64,000 nucleotides of DNA from an uncultured Rhodospirillaceae bacterium (GCA_964474755.1 CAYYUG010000010.1:12407-76406); one strand, 5' to 3'; counted from the stretch's first letter, positions 44,642 through 54,283 are shown. Notes: a model not told the origin generated them from the letters alone. Translations and numbers: made by a program.

Positions 44642-45532
44642 TTAGAAGGGCGCGTCGCCTTTTATCATGATTTTATGCATGCGGCGTTGGTAGCCGTCAT
44701 AATCATTAATTGCGAAATGCTGACAGCAGCGGTTATCCCACATCGCCATAGCGTTCACCGACCAGCGGAAGCGGCAGGTGAATTCTGGGCGTGTCGCATT
44801 TGCTTTTAGGAAGTCGAGCAGCGGTTGGCTTTCCGCTTCTGTCCATCCTTCGAACCGCTCCGTATGGCCGCCTATATAGAGTAGTTTGCGTCCAGTTTCT
44901 GGATGGATGCGCACCACCGGATGCGAGGAAATCGTCTGTGCGCTGCCAGGATCAATCTGGGCCATGTGTATCGTGCCGTCCTGCACGCGCTCGGCACGAG
45001 TTTTTCCTGACGGGTGGTTCTTGCTGTCGCCGTTGTGGATTGCTCGCAGACCTTGTAGCGACGCCTTCATCCCCTCCGACAGAGTCTCGTATGCGAGATA
45101 CATGTTGGAGAACATGGTATCGCCGCGCCCTTCCGGCATCTCATGGCTGTAAAGCATCGTCGCCTTGGCTGGCTTCGGCGTATACATCTGGTCGGAGTGC
45201 CATCGTCCTCCGGCATTTGATTTCATCACTGGCGTCTTTAGGACCTCCGTGATCTCGGGATGTTCGTCCATCGCCTTGTTAAACAAGTGCACATGTATCT
45301 CGCCGAACCGTTTTGCGAATTTGATCTGCTGCGGAGGTGTGATGCTCTGATTGCGGAAGAAGACGACGTTGTGCTCCAGCCAGGCGCGGTAGATCTCGTC
45401 CTGTGTCTCTTGATCTACGCCGTCGGCAATATCGACGCCCTCGATTTCGGCGCCCAGCGCACCGGCAATCGGCTTCACGGCGATGCGTTTGTAGCTGAAT
45501 TCTTCTAATTCCGTCGTGGCGATCTCGGCCAT
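44642..45532 (-). CDS. TauD/TfdA-family Fe(II)/2-oxoglutarate dioxygenase (paralogue 2)
   Basis: 296 aa. WHSDQMY (HxD), HPETGRKLLY and MWDNRCCQH. Confidence 0.85.
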   Translation of the reverse strand: MAEIATTELEEFSYKRIAVKPIAGALGAEIEGVDIADGVDQETQDEIYRAWLEHNVVFFRNQSITPPQQIKFAKRFGEIHVHLFNKAMDEHPEITEVLKTPVMKSNAGGRWHSDQMYTPKPAKATMLYSHEMPEGRGDTMFSNMYLAYETLSEGMKASLQGLRAIHNGDSKNHPSGKTRAERVQDGTIHMAQIDPGSAQTISSHPVVRIHPETGRKLLYIGGHTERFEGWTEAESQPLLDFLKANATRPEFTCRFRWSVNAMAMWDNRCCQHFAINDYDGYQRRMHKIMIKGDAPF

Positions 45533-45725
45533 CTGTCACTCCGGTATGTTTCGTATCAGTGGTGTGCATTATTGCGCATGCGGCTGTACATCGCTAGCGC
45601 AAGCCAAAAAATGCGCAGAAACACTGGGTTTTTAAGCGATTTTACAAACCAGGCATATTGACCCGCGGGGCTTTGCACTTTATTTGCGGTGCGGTTGGAA
45701 ACTCCGGTCGGTATGGGTAATTTTC

Positions 45726-46535
45726 ATGTCATTCAGAGAACGTGTCGGCGTGGCCGTCGATCACCCCAAGGTTCAACAATTTATCGTTACCCTTATCGTC
45801 GTAAACGCGATAACGCTCGGCATGGAAACCTCGGCCGATCTCATTGAGGGGTGGGCACATCTATTCCACGCGTTCGATGCTTTAGTACTCACAATATTTG
45901 TCACCGAAATCGCCGCGAAGCTGTTTGCTCGCGGTGTTGGATTTTTCAAGGACGGTTGGAACATCTTCGACTTTTTGGTAGTCGGCATCGCGCTCATTCC
46001 GGCGTCGGGTCCGCTGGCGGTACTGCGGGCCCTTCGAGTTTTGCGCGTTTTGAGGCTGATGTCGGTGGTCCCGGCGATGCGCAACGTTATCCAGGCGCTG
46101 ATTACGGCAATTCCAGGTATGGTCTCAATCGTCGGCCTAATCGCTCTGATATTCTATGTCGCCTCCGTCTTGGCGACCAATTTCTTTGGCGCCGATTTCG
46201 AGGAATGGTTCGGCAGCGTTGGGGCATCGATGTATTCACTGTTTCAGATCATGACCCTGGAAAGCTGGTCGATGGGTATCGTACGACCGGTGATGCTGGA
46301 GCACCCTTGGGCCTGGGCATTCTTTATCCCCTTCATCCTGATCACGAGTTTCGCTGTCATCAACCTTTTTATCGGGGTCATTGTCGATGCGATGCAGACA
46401 CAGCATCGCCAAGAAGCGGACGAAATCGAGCAGCAAATGGAGACGGATATGGCCGAGCTGCGGCTAGAAATCACTGGATTAAGACAGGAGATTTCTAGGT
46501 TGCAGGACTCTCTGAGCCGGATAGCCGCAGATTGA
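45726..46535 (+). CDS. bacterial voltage-gated sodium channel (NaChBac/NavAb family, BacNav)
   Basis: Six-TM layout. The S4 segment LRALRVLRVLRLMSVVPAMR has Arg every third residue. The pore FQIMTLESWSMGIVRPVM carries the TLESWSM selectivity filter. There is a C-terminal heptad coiled coil (MAELRLEITGLRQEISRLQDSL). Start at ATG 45726; the ORF-track TTG at 45684 is upstream. Confidence 0.85.
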   Translation: MSFRERVGVAVDHPKVQQFIVTLIVVNAITLGMETSADLIEGWAHLFHAFDALVLTIFVTEIAAKLFARGVGFFKDGWNIFDFLVVGIALIPASGPLAVLRALRVLRVLRLMSVVPAMRNVIQALITAIPGMVSIVGLIALIFYVASVLATNFFGADFEEWFGSVGASMYSLFQIMTLESWSMGIVRPVMLEHPWAWAFFIPFILITSFAVINLFIGVIVDAMQTQHRQEADEIEQQMETDMAELRLEITGLRQEISRLQDSLSRIAAD

Positions 46536-46558
46536 CCGGACTTCGGTGGAGGCTAAGC

Positions 46559-46577
46559 TAGGGTAAATTTTTCACTG
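46559..46577. repeat. copy 2 of the intergenic motif TAGGG(G)TAAATTTTT(T)CACTG
   Basis: TAGGGTAAATTTTTCACTG, located between the channel gene stop (46535) and the MaoC-like ATG (46589). Confidence 0.6.
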
Positions 46578-46588
46578 GGAGCCCTGCC

Positions 46589-47446
46589 ATGCCGATCAAC
46601 GCTGGCGCCGTTGGAAATCTCATCGAGACCTACAATGTCGATGTCGACGTCCGTAAATGCCTCGCCTACGCGGCAGGGATGGGCGAGACAGCGGATATCT
46701 ATTTCGATGATGCGCGCACTGGTGGGATAGTAGCGCCGCCGGCCTATGTCGCCTCGCTGGAATGGCCGGCGTCACGCGATATCCGGACTACCACCGCCTT
46801 TGGTGCATCCCCTGAAGAAATGCGGTGCGGAGTGCACGCGGCGCAGGACACGCAGTTCCACCGGCTAATTAGGCCCGGCGAGCGTATCTGTGTTAGCGGT
46901 GAATTGGTTGCCATAAGGAGGGTGACCCCCGGGGCACTGACTGTCACTAGGATTGATCTGACCACGGTTGCGGGCGAGAAAGTTGCCACGACCTATACTA
47001 CCGGGATCAGCCGCGGCGTTGACGTCAATGGCGATGATCAGGTTATCGAGGCGGTGCCAGACTGGCCCGACGACGCGCTGTCTGGCGATTGGACTGAGAT
47101 GGCGATCCCTATAGCACGCGAGATGCCACACGTTTATACCGAATGCGCGGATATCTGGAACCCGATCCACACTGAACGCAAAGTAGCACTGGCGGCAGGA
47201 TTGCCGGATATTATCCTGCACGGCACGGCGACCTGGGCATTAGCAGTGCGGGAGATAGTGTCTAAACAACTTGGCAGCGATCCTGCGCGGCTTGCCCGTT
47301 TCAGTGGACGCTTCACCGGCATGGTAATTCCCGGCAACGACATCATCGTTCGTCATGCCGCTACTGTGAAAGGCGCGGTCTATGAAGTGATTGCCGCGGA
47401 CGGGTCTAAGGCAATTAGTGCAGGTCGGGCCTTGTTCCGCGACTGA
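46589..47446 (+). CDS. MaoC-like (double hot-dog) dehydratase family protein
   Basis: 285 aa. The C-terminal half has the MaoC pattern (DIWNPIHTERKVALAAGLPDIILHG). The N-terminal half resembles the MaoC N-terminal/FAS1-like hot-dog. Confidence 0.7.
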   Translation: MPINAGAVGNLIETYNVDVDVRKCLAYAAGMGETADIYFDDARTGGIVAPPAYVASLEWPASRDIRTTTAFGASPEEMRCGVHAAQDTQFHRLIRPGERICVSGELVAIRRVTPGALTVTRIDLTTVAGEKVATTYTTGISRGVDVNGDDQVIEAVPDWPDDALSGDWTEMAIPIAREMPHVYTECADIWNPIHTERKVALAAGLPDIILHGTATWALAVREIVSKQLGSDPARLARFSGRFTGMVIPGNDIIVRHAATVKGAVYEVIAADGSKAISAGRALFRD

Positions 47447-47515
47447 TTGGCGCTGTCCTGTGTCAGGGTCTAAGCTGAAATCAATCAGGGAAAGACAGTT
47501 AAGGGAGGAAGTCCT

Positions 47516-48568
47516 TTGAGCAAGAGAATTGCAATGGTCGGCAGTGGAGCCGTCGGTGGTTACGTTGCCGGCCACATGGTGCGTAACGGCGCTCAAGTTA
47601 CCCTGGTTGACGCCTGGCCCGATCACGTTGAAAAGATGAATGCGGACGGCCTGAGCCTGCGTGGCACCACAGACGCCGAGAGCCACGAGGTGCCGGTCAA
47701 TGCAATCAATATTTGCGAGGTCTCCAACCTGCCGAAGGGTGGTCCGATTGATATCGCATTCATTTCGGTGAAGTCTTATGAAACCCAGTTCGCTGCAGCC
47801 TTGATTCGTGACTATCTAGCACCCGACGGTTTTGTAGTATCGTTGCAGAATGCGATAAACGAGGAGGCGATCGCCGATGTTGTTGGCGCACATCGGGTTA
47901 TCGGGTGTATCGCTAGCTCGATCAGCTGTGGCCTTGAAGGCCCGGCGTTGGTGCGCCGCCACGTGCCTATCCGGGGCGACAGCTACACGGTGTTCCGCGC
48001 TGGTGAACTGCACGGCCGGGTCACAGAGCGGGTCGAAGAAATTGCCGAACTGGTTGGTCATACTGACAGTTCCAAGGTGACAACCGACATTTGGGGCGAG
48101 CGTTGGACCAAGCTGGTGATAAATTCAAGCCATAACGGCCTATCTGCCTGCACTGGTCTTGGTGGCAATGGCATGGTGCGCGACGATGGCGCCCGCTCGG
48201 TCAATATTAGGCTCACTGCGGAAACCTTGAGGGTCGGGCGTGCGCTTGGCTTCGTCGTGCAGACCAAGAAAGGCACCACGGCTGATCAATGGTATGCTGC
48301 TGCGGAAGGCGATAAGAAGGCGCTCCAGGAGATCGAGGAATTGCTGTTCGCAGAAATCGGCACCCGCAGCGATAGCGCCCGGCCGTCCATGGGGCAGGAC
48401 ATGATCAAGGGTCGCAAGACCGAAATCGACGCGATGAATGGTTTCGTCTGTGATAAGGGTGTCGAGGTCGGTATTCCGACGCCGATGAATGCGGCAATGG
48501 TGGATCTAGTGAAACGCTGCGAGCGCGGCGAATTAATCCCGGATGCGAGCAACGTTGCGAACCTTTAG
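47516..48568 (+). CDS. 2-dehydropantoate 2-reductase (ketopantoate reductase, PanE/ApbA) family oxidoreductase, paralogue A
   Basis: IAMVGSGAVGGYVAG Rossmann motif, a KSYET motif and a C-terminal PSMGQDMIKGRKTEIDAMNG motif. TTG start with AAGGGAGGAAG SD. Confidence 0.8.
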   Translation: MSKRIAMVGSGAVGGYVAGHMVRNGAQVTLVDAWPDHVEKMNADGLSLRGTTDAESHEVPVNAINICEVSNLPKGGPIDIAFISVKSYETQFAAALIRDYLAPDGFVVSLQNAINEEAIADVVGAHRVIGCIASSISCGLEGPALVRRHVPIRGDSYTVFRAGELHGRVTERVEEIAELVGHTDSSKVTTDIWGERWTKLVINSSHNGLSACTGLGGNGMVRDDGARSVNIRLTAETLRVGRALGFVVQTKKGTTADQWYAAAEGDKKALQEIEELLFAEIGTRSDSARPSMGQDMIKGRKTEIDAMNGFVCDKGVEVGIPTPMNAAMVDLVKRCERGELIPDASNVANL

Positions 48569-48600
48569 CCGGTGAGCCGGGATACGGATTGGAGAAAGAA

Positions 48601-49653
48601 ATGGGCTTGAAAATCGCAATCGTTGGGGCTGGCGCGGTCGGCGCGCAGGTTGGCGCTTTCATGGTCAAGAATGGTGAAGACGTTGTCTTCATTGATGGCT
48701 GGCCGGAACATGTTGAGAAGATGCGTGTCGACGGGCTGCATCTGACCGGTGTGACGGAGGCAGAAGAGTTCACTGTCCCAGTCAACGCTATACATTTTTC
48801 TGATGTTCAGGCGCTATCCAAGGATCGGCCAATCGATATCGCTTTCGTCTGCATGAAGTCATACGAGACGGAAATGGCGACCTATTTGATCAAACCTTAT
48901 CTGGCACCGGATGGCTTTGTCGTCTCGCTACAGAACTGCATGAACGAGGAGTTTATCGCCGGCATTGTCGGTTGGGGCAAGGTCGTCGGCTGCATTGCGG
49001 CGAAGATCTCGGTCGAGCTGCGTGGTCCAGCTCACGTAAACCGAAATGTGCCTGTTCATGGCAATTCGCATACCGTGTTCCGGGCAGGCGAGGTTCATAG
49101 CGTGGAGACCGAACGAACACGCGAGGTTGCCCGACTATGCGGCTATACTGATAGTTCCATGGTGACGACTAACCTTTGGGGAGAACGCTGGAGCAAGCTT
49201 TGCCTCAACGGTAGCAGCAACGGTGTGTCAGCGAGCACGGGTCTGGGCGGTGCTGCTATCGCTGCCGACCCGCATTTGCGCGGCGTGAAGATGAAACTGA
49301 TCTCGGAATGCATCCGCGTCGGTCGCGCGTCCGGCTTTGGCCTCGAGAAGCTGGGTGGCCTAGAGGCTGATGTATATGTTGCGGCGGCTGAAGGCGATGG
49401 TGAAGCACGTAAAATCGTCGAGGACAACTACATCACCACTGCCGGTAAAGGAAATCCAAATGCGCGCCCGTCAATGGGGCAGGACATGATGAAGGGCCGT
49501 CGCACTGAGATCGACTTCATGAATGGTCTGGTCGTGCAGAAGGGCAAGGAAGTTGGGATTGCCACACCGGCCAACGAGGCGCTGATCGCCGCTGTTAAGA
49601 AGGTGGAACGCGGCGAATTCGAGGCTAGCCCGGATCTATTGGCGGGTATCTAG
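48601..49653 (+). CDS. ketopantoate reductase family oxidoreductase, paralogue B (tandem duplicate of A)
   Basis: IAIVGAGAVGAQVG, KSYET and PSMGQDMMKGRRTEIDFMNG. Collinear with paralogue A over the full length. ATG 48601 follows GGAGAAAGAA. Confidence 0.8.
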   Translation: MGLKIAIVGAGAVGAQVGAFMVKNGEDVVFIDGWPEHVEKMRVDGLHLTGVTEAEEFTVPVNAIHFSDVQALSKDRPIDIAFVCMKSYETEMATYLIKPYLAPDGFVVSLQNCMNEEFIAGIVGWGKVVGCIAAKISVELRGPAHVNRNVPVHGNSHTVFRAGEVHSVETERTREVARLCGYTDSSMVTTNLWGERWSKLCLNGSSNGVSASTGLGGAAIAADPHLRGVKMKLISECIRVGRASGFGLEKLGGLEADVYVAAAEGDGEARKIVEDNYITTAGKGNPNARPSMGQDMMKGRRTEIDFMNGLVVQKGKEVGIATPANEALIAAVKKVERGEFEASPDLLAGI

Positions 49654-49677
49654 GTCAGAAGCGTGCGTTCAGCTTTT

Positions 49678-50088
49678 TCAGTTGTGTAGTTTTGCGCCTT
49701 TGGTCACCTTGTCGACAATTTTTTTGTCGTCCCTTAGCGCTAGGCCGGCGACGGGCATGTCGTCTGGCTGATAGGCCTTGACGGTGGCGCGATTTGCCGC
49801 GTCGTATCCGGTTGCAAACATGTCTTCGATATAGAGCGAGAGGCGCACGCCGCGTCCTATGGCGCGTTTATAGATCTTCTGGATGCTCTTCGGGGTGGCA
49901 GAGAGTACGATCACCGGCTGGATGGATAGCGCGTTATAGTGATTGCCAGCGGCATCCTCGTAAGGTTCGCCCAGTAAATTTTCAGTCGCTCCGACAATGC
50001 CGCTGGTTAGAAAGGCTGTGACGTTCAGCTTTTGCCAGGTGGCGAGATCATCGCGGAGTATAATAGCGATTTTAGTTTCAAAGTTCAT
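49678..50088 (-). CDS. DUF2000-family protein
   Basis: 136 aa. KIAIILRDDLATWQKLNVTAFLTSGI matches my memory of the DUF2000 N-terminal signature. Not verifiable here. Confidence 0.5.
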   Translation of the reverse strand: MNFETKIAIILRDDLATWQKLNVTAFLTSGIVGATENLLGEPYEDAAGNHYNALSIQPVIVLSATPKSIQKIYKRAIGRGVRLSLYIEDMFATGYDAANRATVKAYQPDDMPVAGLALRDDKKIVDKVTKGAKLHN

Positions 50089-50428
50089 GGCATGTGTGCC
50101 CGCGGTAATGGCGGTTATCAGAGGTGTGTGCCGTATGGGCAGTGCGCTGAGCCGATGTGTCCCAAACCGCTCAAGCTGCCCGGTATTCTCCTAAATCCAA
50201 GTACATCGTTAGACGGACCGGTTCGTGCCAAACGGCTGGAACGAATGACCTGGAAGATGTGTGGAATGTTGTCTGCCGTCGTGTGGTTGAAGATGAGAGC
50301 TACGCTTTCCTATAGGTTTGAGCCTGTCTGGTAACAACGAAGTTAAAATATATCAAGCTCGTCGGGACCTCCGCCTGGGCCGAACATCCCGCTGCCGGTG
50401 TATCTGACACCCTAATTGGGCGCTAAAA

Positions 50429-51265
50429 TTAGATCGGCCGATCACCCTGTACGGTCGTACGATGCATGTGTCGCGTGAAGCGCTTGTCGTCATAGTGTTG
50501 GGCGCAGTGCATGGTGCAACGGTTGTCCCAGAACACAACATCTCCCTCACGCCATTTGTGCTTGTAAATGAATTGGTCATCCTCGCAATGGCTGTACAGC
50601 TCACCGAGCAGTTTGCTGCTTTCCACTTTGTCCATTCCGACGACGTATTTTAGCAGTTTGCCGCCTAGATAAAGCGCCTTGCGGCCGGTTTCCGGGTGGG
50701 TTCGTACTAGCGGATGGTCGTATCCGGGCAGACGAGCTTGTTGTTTGTTGCTGAGGCTGAAATTGTCGTGGCTGTGGTTGTATATATGCATGCCGCGCAT
50801 TGTGTGGATAAGCGCTTTCATCTCGGGGGTTAACGCCTCGTAGGCTGATGTCATGTCACAGAACCAGGTATCACCGCTGCCGTCTGCCGGGATCTCTATC
50901 GCATAGAGCAATGAACCAAGCGCTGGTTGCTTTTCGTAGGACTGATCGGTGTGCCAGAACCGACCGGCGTCCGGCAGCCCCACATACTGGCCATCTTTGG
51001 TTTTGTTTGAGACCAGCAGAATTTCTGGATATCCTTCTAGTAATTGATCCTTCAGCACATGGATCGCCAACGGTCCAAAGCGGCGCGAAAATTGGATTTG
51101 ATCGCCTGGTGTCATCTCCTGGTCGCGGATCACAATGACCCCATGTTTGAGGTGCGCCGCCTTAATGGTTGAGAATTGCGCATCTTCATCACGCTTCAGA
51201 TCGGCACCGACGATTTCGGCAAAAAAATTCGTGTCGGACAGCCGGTTTACCTGGATCGACGACAT
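50429..51265 (-). CDS. TauD/TfdA-family Fe(II)/2-oxoglutarate dioxygenase (paralogue 3)
   Basis: 278 aa. WHTDQSY (HxD), HPETGRKALYLG and FWDNRCTMH. Confidence 0.85.
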   Translation of the reverse strand: MSSIQVNRLSDTNFFAEIVGADLKRDEDAQFSTIKAAHLKHGVIVIRDQEMTPGDQIQFSRRFGPLAIHVLKDQLLEGYPEILLVSNKTKDGQYVGLPDAGRFWHTDQSYEKQPALGSLLYAIEIPADGSGDTWFCDMTSAYEALTPEMKALIHTMRGMHIYNHSHDNFSLSNKQQARLPGYDHPLVRTHPETGRKALYLGGKLLKYVVGMDKVESSKLLGELYSHCEDDQFIYKHKWREGDVVFWDNRCTMHCAQHYDDKRFTRHMHRTTVQGDRPI

Positions 51266-51403
51266 GCATTCCCTCTACTCATAGTTTCTCAGCCTCAAGA
51301 TACTCTTTCAGTCGCTGTCTCGGAATGGGTCTAACATTCTATTCTGTTGGGCTGTAATCATTCTATAACGCAGCCAAGATTTTGGTAGCGGGGAGGATTT
51401 AAA

Positions 51404-52753
51404 ATGCCGGGATACACTGATAGCCGCGGTCATGCGCTTTTCACGAAAAGCGCAGATGCGGCAGCGGCGTTTAACGCGGGAATGCACAGCTTCGTCTGTT
51501 GGCGCACCGATACGTTTGCGCATCTGGATTCGGCAGTTGAAACTGATCCAGATTTCGCACTAGCTCGTCTAGCGAAAGGCTGGATGCTTCAAACTGCGCG
51601 AAGTGCTGCCTTCAAGCCGGCAATCGATGATCTCTTGCAAGCTTCCGCGCTGCTGATTGACCCTGCAGACGATCGCGCACGCGCCTACTTCGATAGTCTC
51701 GACGCCGCAGTGAACGGACGAGGCGTAGAAGCGTCAACCATCATGGAAGCAATGCTCGCCCGTCATCCGACAGACTTATTGGCGCATCGGCTTGTGCAGT
51801 TCGAGTTGTTCTGGAATGGGCGATCAGCGTGGATGCGTGAAATTTCCGAACGCGCCGCGCCAGCGTGGCGTGACAATATGGTTGATTACGGCTGTTTCCA
51901 GTCGGTGCGGGCCTTCTCGTTCGAGGAAACTGGTGATTACGACGCAGCTGACCGGTGCGGACGCGACGCGGTGGAAATAGATCCACACGACTGCTGGGGC
52001 ACGCATGCGATCGCCCATGTTCTGTTGATGCAAGGAAAAATCGAGGAGGGCGTGGGTTGGCTGGAAAGGCTAAGTGTTAACTGGGAGGATGCCAATCAGA
52101 TAGGCCACCATCTATGGTGGCATCTGTGCCTATTCTTGTTAGAACGCGGAGAGCATGAACATATCCTCGATTTGTTAACTACGCGGATTCGTAATCCAAA
52201 ATCTCCTTTGGTCAAAGCAGCTCCCGACGCCACAATTGACCTGCAGAACGTCGCCTCGTTGCTCATGCGGTTGGTCTTGCGCGGTGTTGATATCGCTGAC
52301 CGTTGGAACATCATGGCTGATATCTGTGCCGATCGAGTTCACAACCACGCCAATGCCTTTAGCAACGCACATGACATGATGGTGCTGGCGGGCAGCGGGC
52401 AGTTTGACCAGGCGGAAAAATTGCTGGAAAGCATGCGCGCCTTTGCAGTGACTGGTGATGGCAACCTAGTGACGTCCTACCGTGTTGCTGGGATCGCGGT
52501 GTGCGAAGCGGTCTTGGCGCATTTCCGTGGTGACTACGCACGGGTTGTCGAGTTGCTGGCGCCCGTGCGTCACGATATGCATCTATTCGGAGGTAGTCAT
52601 GCCCAGCGCGACGTTTTTTACCAAATACTGGTTTATGCCGCCTGCCGCGAGGGCTTTAATGAGTTGATACCGCTGTATCTCGCCGATATCGATCGAATAG
52701 GTTTCGATCTAGTGGATCAACGCACACTTTATCGTGATGCGAGAGTGGCGTGA
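51404..52753 (+). CDS. tetratricopeptide-repeat protein (TTC38-like)
   Basis: 449 aa, all-helical repeat architecture. The N-terminal region resembles TTC38-family proteins. Strong GGGAGGA SD 6 nt upstream. Confidence 0.5.
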   Translation: MPGYTDSRGHALFTKSADAAAAFNAGMHSFVCWRTDTFAHLDSAVETDPDFALARLAKGWMLQTARSAAFKPAIDDLLQASALLIDPADDRARAYFDSLDAAVNGRGVEASTIMEAMLARHPTDLLAHRLVQFELFWNGRSAWMREISERAAPAWRDNMVDYGCFQSVRAFSFEETGDYDAADRCGRDAVEIDPHDCWGTHAIAHVLLMQGKIEEGVGWLERLSVNWEDANQIGHHLWWHLCLFLLERGEHEHILDLLTTRIRNPKSPLVKAAPDATIDLQNVASLLMRLVLRGVDIADRWNIMADICADRVHNHANAFSNAHDMMVLAGSGQFDQAEKLLESMRAFAVTGDGNLVTSYRVAGIAVCEAVLAHFRGDYARVVELLAPVRHDMHLFGGSHAQRDVFYQILVYAACREGFNELIPLYLADIDRIGFDLVDQRTLYRDARVA

Positions 52754-52763
52754 GTGGCCTAAT

Positions 52764-53390
52764 TTAGCTGGGAGGCCAGGTTCCTGAGAAGGGTTTGATC
52801 AGTGCCCTTTGGACCAGTTCCAGGTGATCTTGTCCGTAGAACATGTCGCCACCTACGAAATAAGTCGGTGAACCGAAGATGGATCGTTCGATAGCCTCCT
52901 TCGTATTGGCTTCATAAATTGCCTGTGTTTTTGATGCGAGTGCTGTATCGAGTAACGGTTTAGGGTCAAGGCCAACTTCTGAACTTATCGCCGATAGCGT
53001 GTTCCTATTGTCCAGATCTGCATCATCCCGCCAGTGTGCCTCAAGCATGCGATGTGCCAGAGGCCCGATATCAAGACCTTGCTCCAAGCCGGCAATCAGC
53101 ATCCCATTTGAGAGAGCGATGCCGTTATCGTGATGCGTCGGATGGCGCGGCAGAATACCGATACCCCGAGCTTCGGCCCAGCGCACAATTTCGCGACCGG
53201 AGAAATACAACCGGCGTTGTGGTGTAAGCCCATTCGTTGGGCCTGGTCCGGTCACGGCGACGACTGCCCGTAAATCCATTGGACGGTGCACGATCGAATG
53301 ACCGCCGGTTCGGGCAATTTCCATAAATTTAGCGGAGCCGATATAGGCGTAGCCGGAATGGGCGGAATAGAAATATTCGATTTCGGCCAT
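52764..53390 (-). CDS. 2-hydroxychromene-2-carboxylate isomerase (DsbA-like thioredoxin-fold) family protein
   Basis: 208 aa. IEYFYSAHSGYAYIG N-terminus and the C-terminal FGSPTYFVGGDMFYGQD pattern typical of the HCCA isomerase family. Confidence 0.8.
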   Translation of the reverse strand: MAEIEYFYSAHSGYAYIGSAKFMEIARTGGHSIVHRPMDLRAVVAVTGPGPTNGLTPQRRLYFSGREIVRWAEARGIGILPRHPTHHDNGIALSNGMLIAGLEQGLDIGPLAHRMLEAHWRDDADLDNRNTLSAISSEVGLDPKPLLDTALASKTQAIYEANTKEAIERSIFGSPTYFVGGDMFYGQDHLELVQRALIKPFSGTWPPS

Positions 53391-53467
53391 AATGTGATCC
53401 GTATTTGCTTTTGCATGGGCGCGGCCGGAAGGCTATCACCTGAAGATAGACCAAAGGGAGAATTTCT

Positions 53468-54283
53468 ATGAACGCGACGAAACTAAAACGTACTCTCAAA
53501 TCTGGCGGGCACGTCTTCGGCTGCATGCTGTCGCAGATGGCCTCGACGCGCTTCGAGCAGGTGCTCTCCGGTAGTACGCTGGATTACGCAATCATAGATT
53601 CTGAGCACGGGTCGCGCGACCGAACAGAGATCCAAAACCTCTGTGGCATGTTGCGCCGAGCTGACATCACGCCGGTTGTCCGGGTACCAATCCCGAAGAC
53701 AGAATGGGTGGCGATGGCGCTTGATGCGGGGACAGCGGGTGTTCTCGTGCCCTATTGTGAAACGGTCGAAGAGGTCCAGGCAGTTGTGGCAACGGCGAAA
53801 TGGCATCCGCTCAAAGGCGAGTATTTGCGCCGTGCGGTCGAGGAGAACAAGCTACCGAGCCCGGATACTAAAAAGTATCTGCAGAACCGTCGCAAAGAAA
53901 ATTTTGTCATCATTGGTATTGAGTCGGAACCGGCCTACAGCAATCTCGACGCAATTTTGGATGTCGGCGGGATCGACGGCATCTTTATTGGCCCGAACGA
54001 CATGTCGACCTCACTCGGTATTCCCGACGACTATTCGAACCGAAAATATTTACGTGTCGTCGAGGACATCATCAAACGCTGCGCGGAGCGTAAGATTCCG
54101 GTGATGGTTCATCAACAGACGATCGAAACATCTACCAAGGTGATTAAGTTGGGTGCCCGCTTCGTGCTGCATTCAAGCGATGGTCGCATGTTGCAGCGGA
54201 TCATTCAGCAGGAGATGAACCAATTGCGTAAGATCGCCGGAGCGACAGCCAAGGCGACTAAGGATACTGTTGAGACAGTCTGA
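53468..54283 (+). CDS. HpcH/HpaI-family class II aldolase
   Basis: LKSGGHVFGCM..., DYAIIDSEHG, VRVP and LDAGTAGVLVPY match the HpcH/HpaI aldolase pattern. Confidence 0.8.
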   Translation: MNATKLKRTLKSGGHVFGCMLSQMASTRFEQVLSGSTLDYAIIDSEHGSRDRTEIQNLCGMLRRADITPVVRVPIPKTEWVAMALDAGTAGVLVPYCETVEEVQAVVATAKWHPLKGEYLRRAVEENKLPSPDTKKYLQNRRKENFVIIGIESEPAYSNLDAILDVGGIDGIFIGPNDMSTSLGIPDDYSNRKYLRVVEDIIKRCAERKIPVMVHQQTIETSTKVIKLGARFVLHSSDGRMLQRIIQQEMNQLRKIAGATAKATKDTVETV

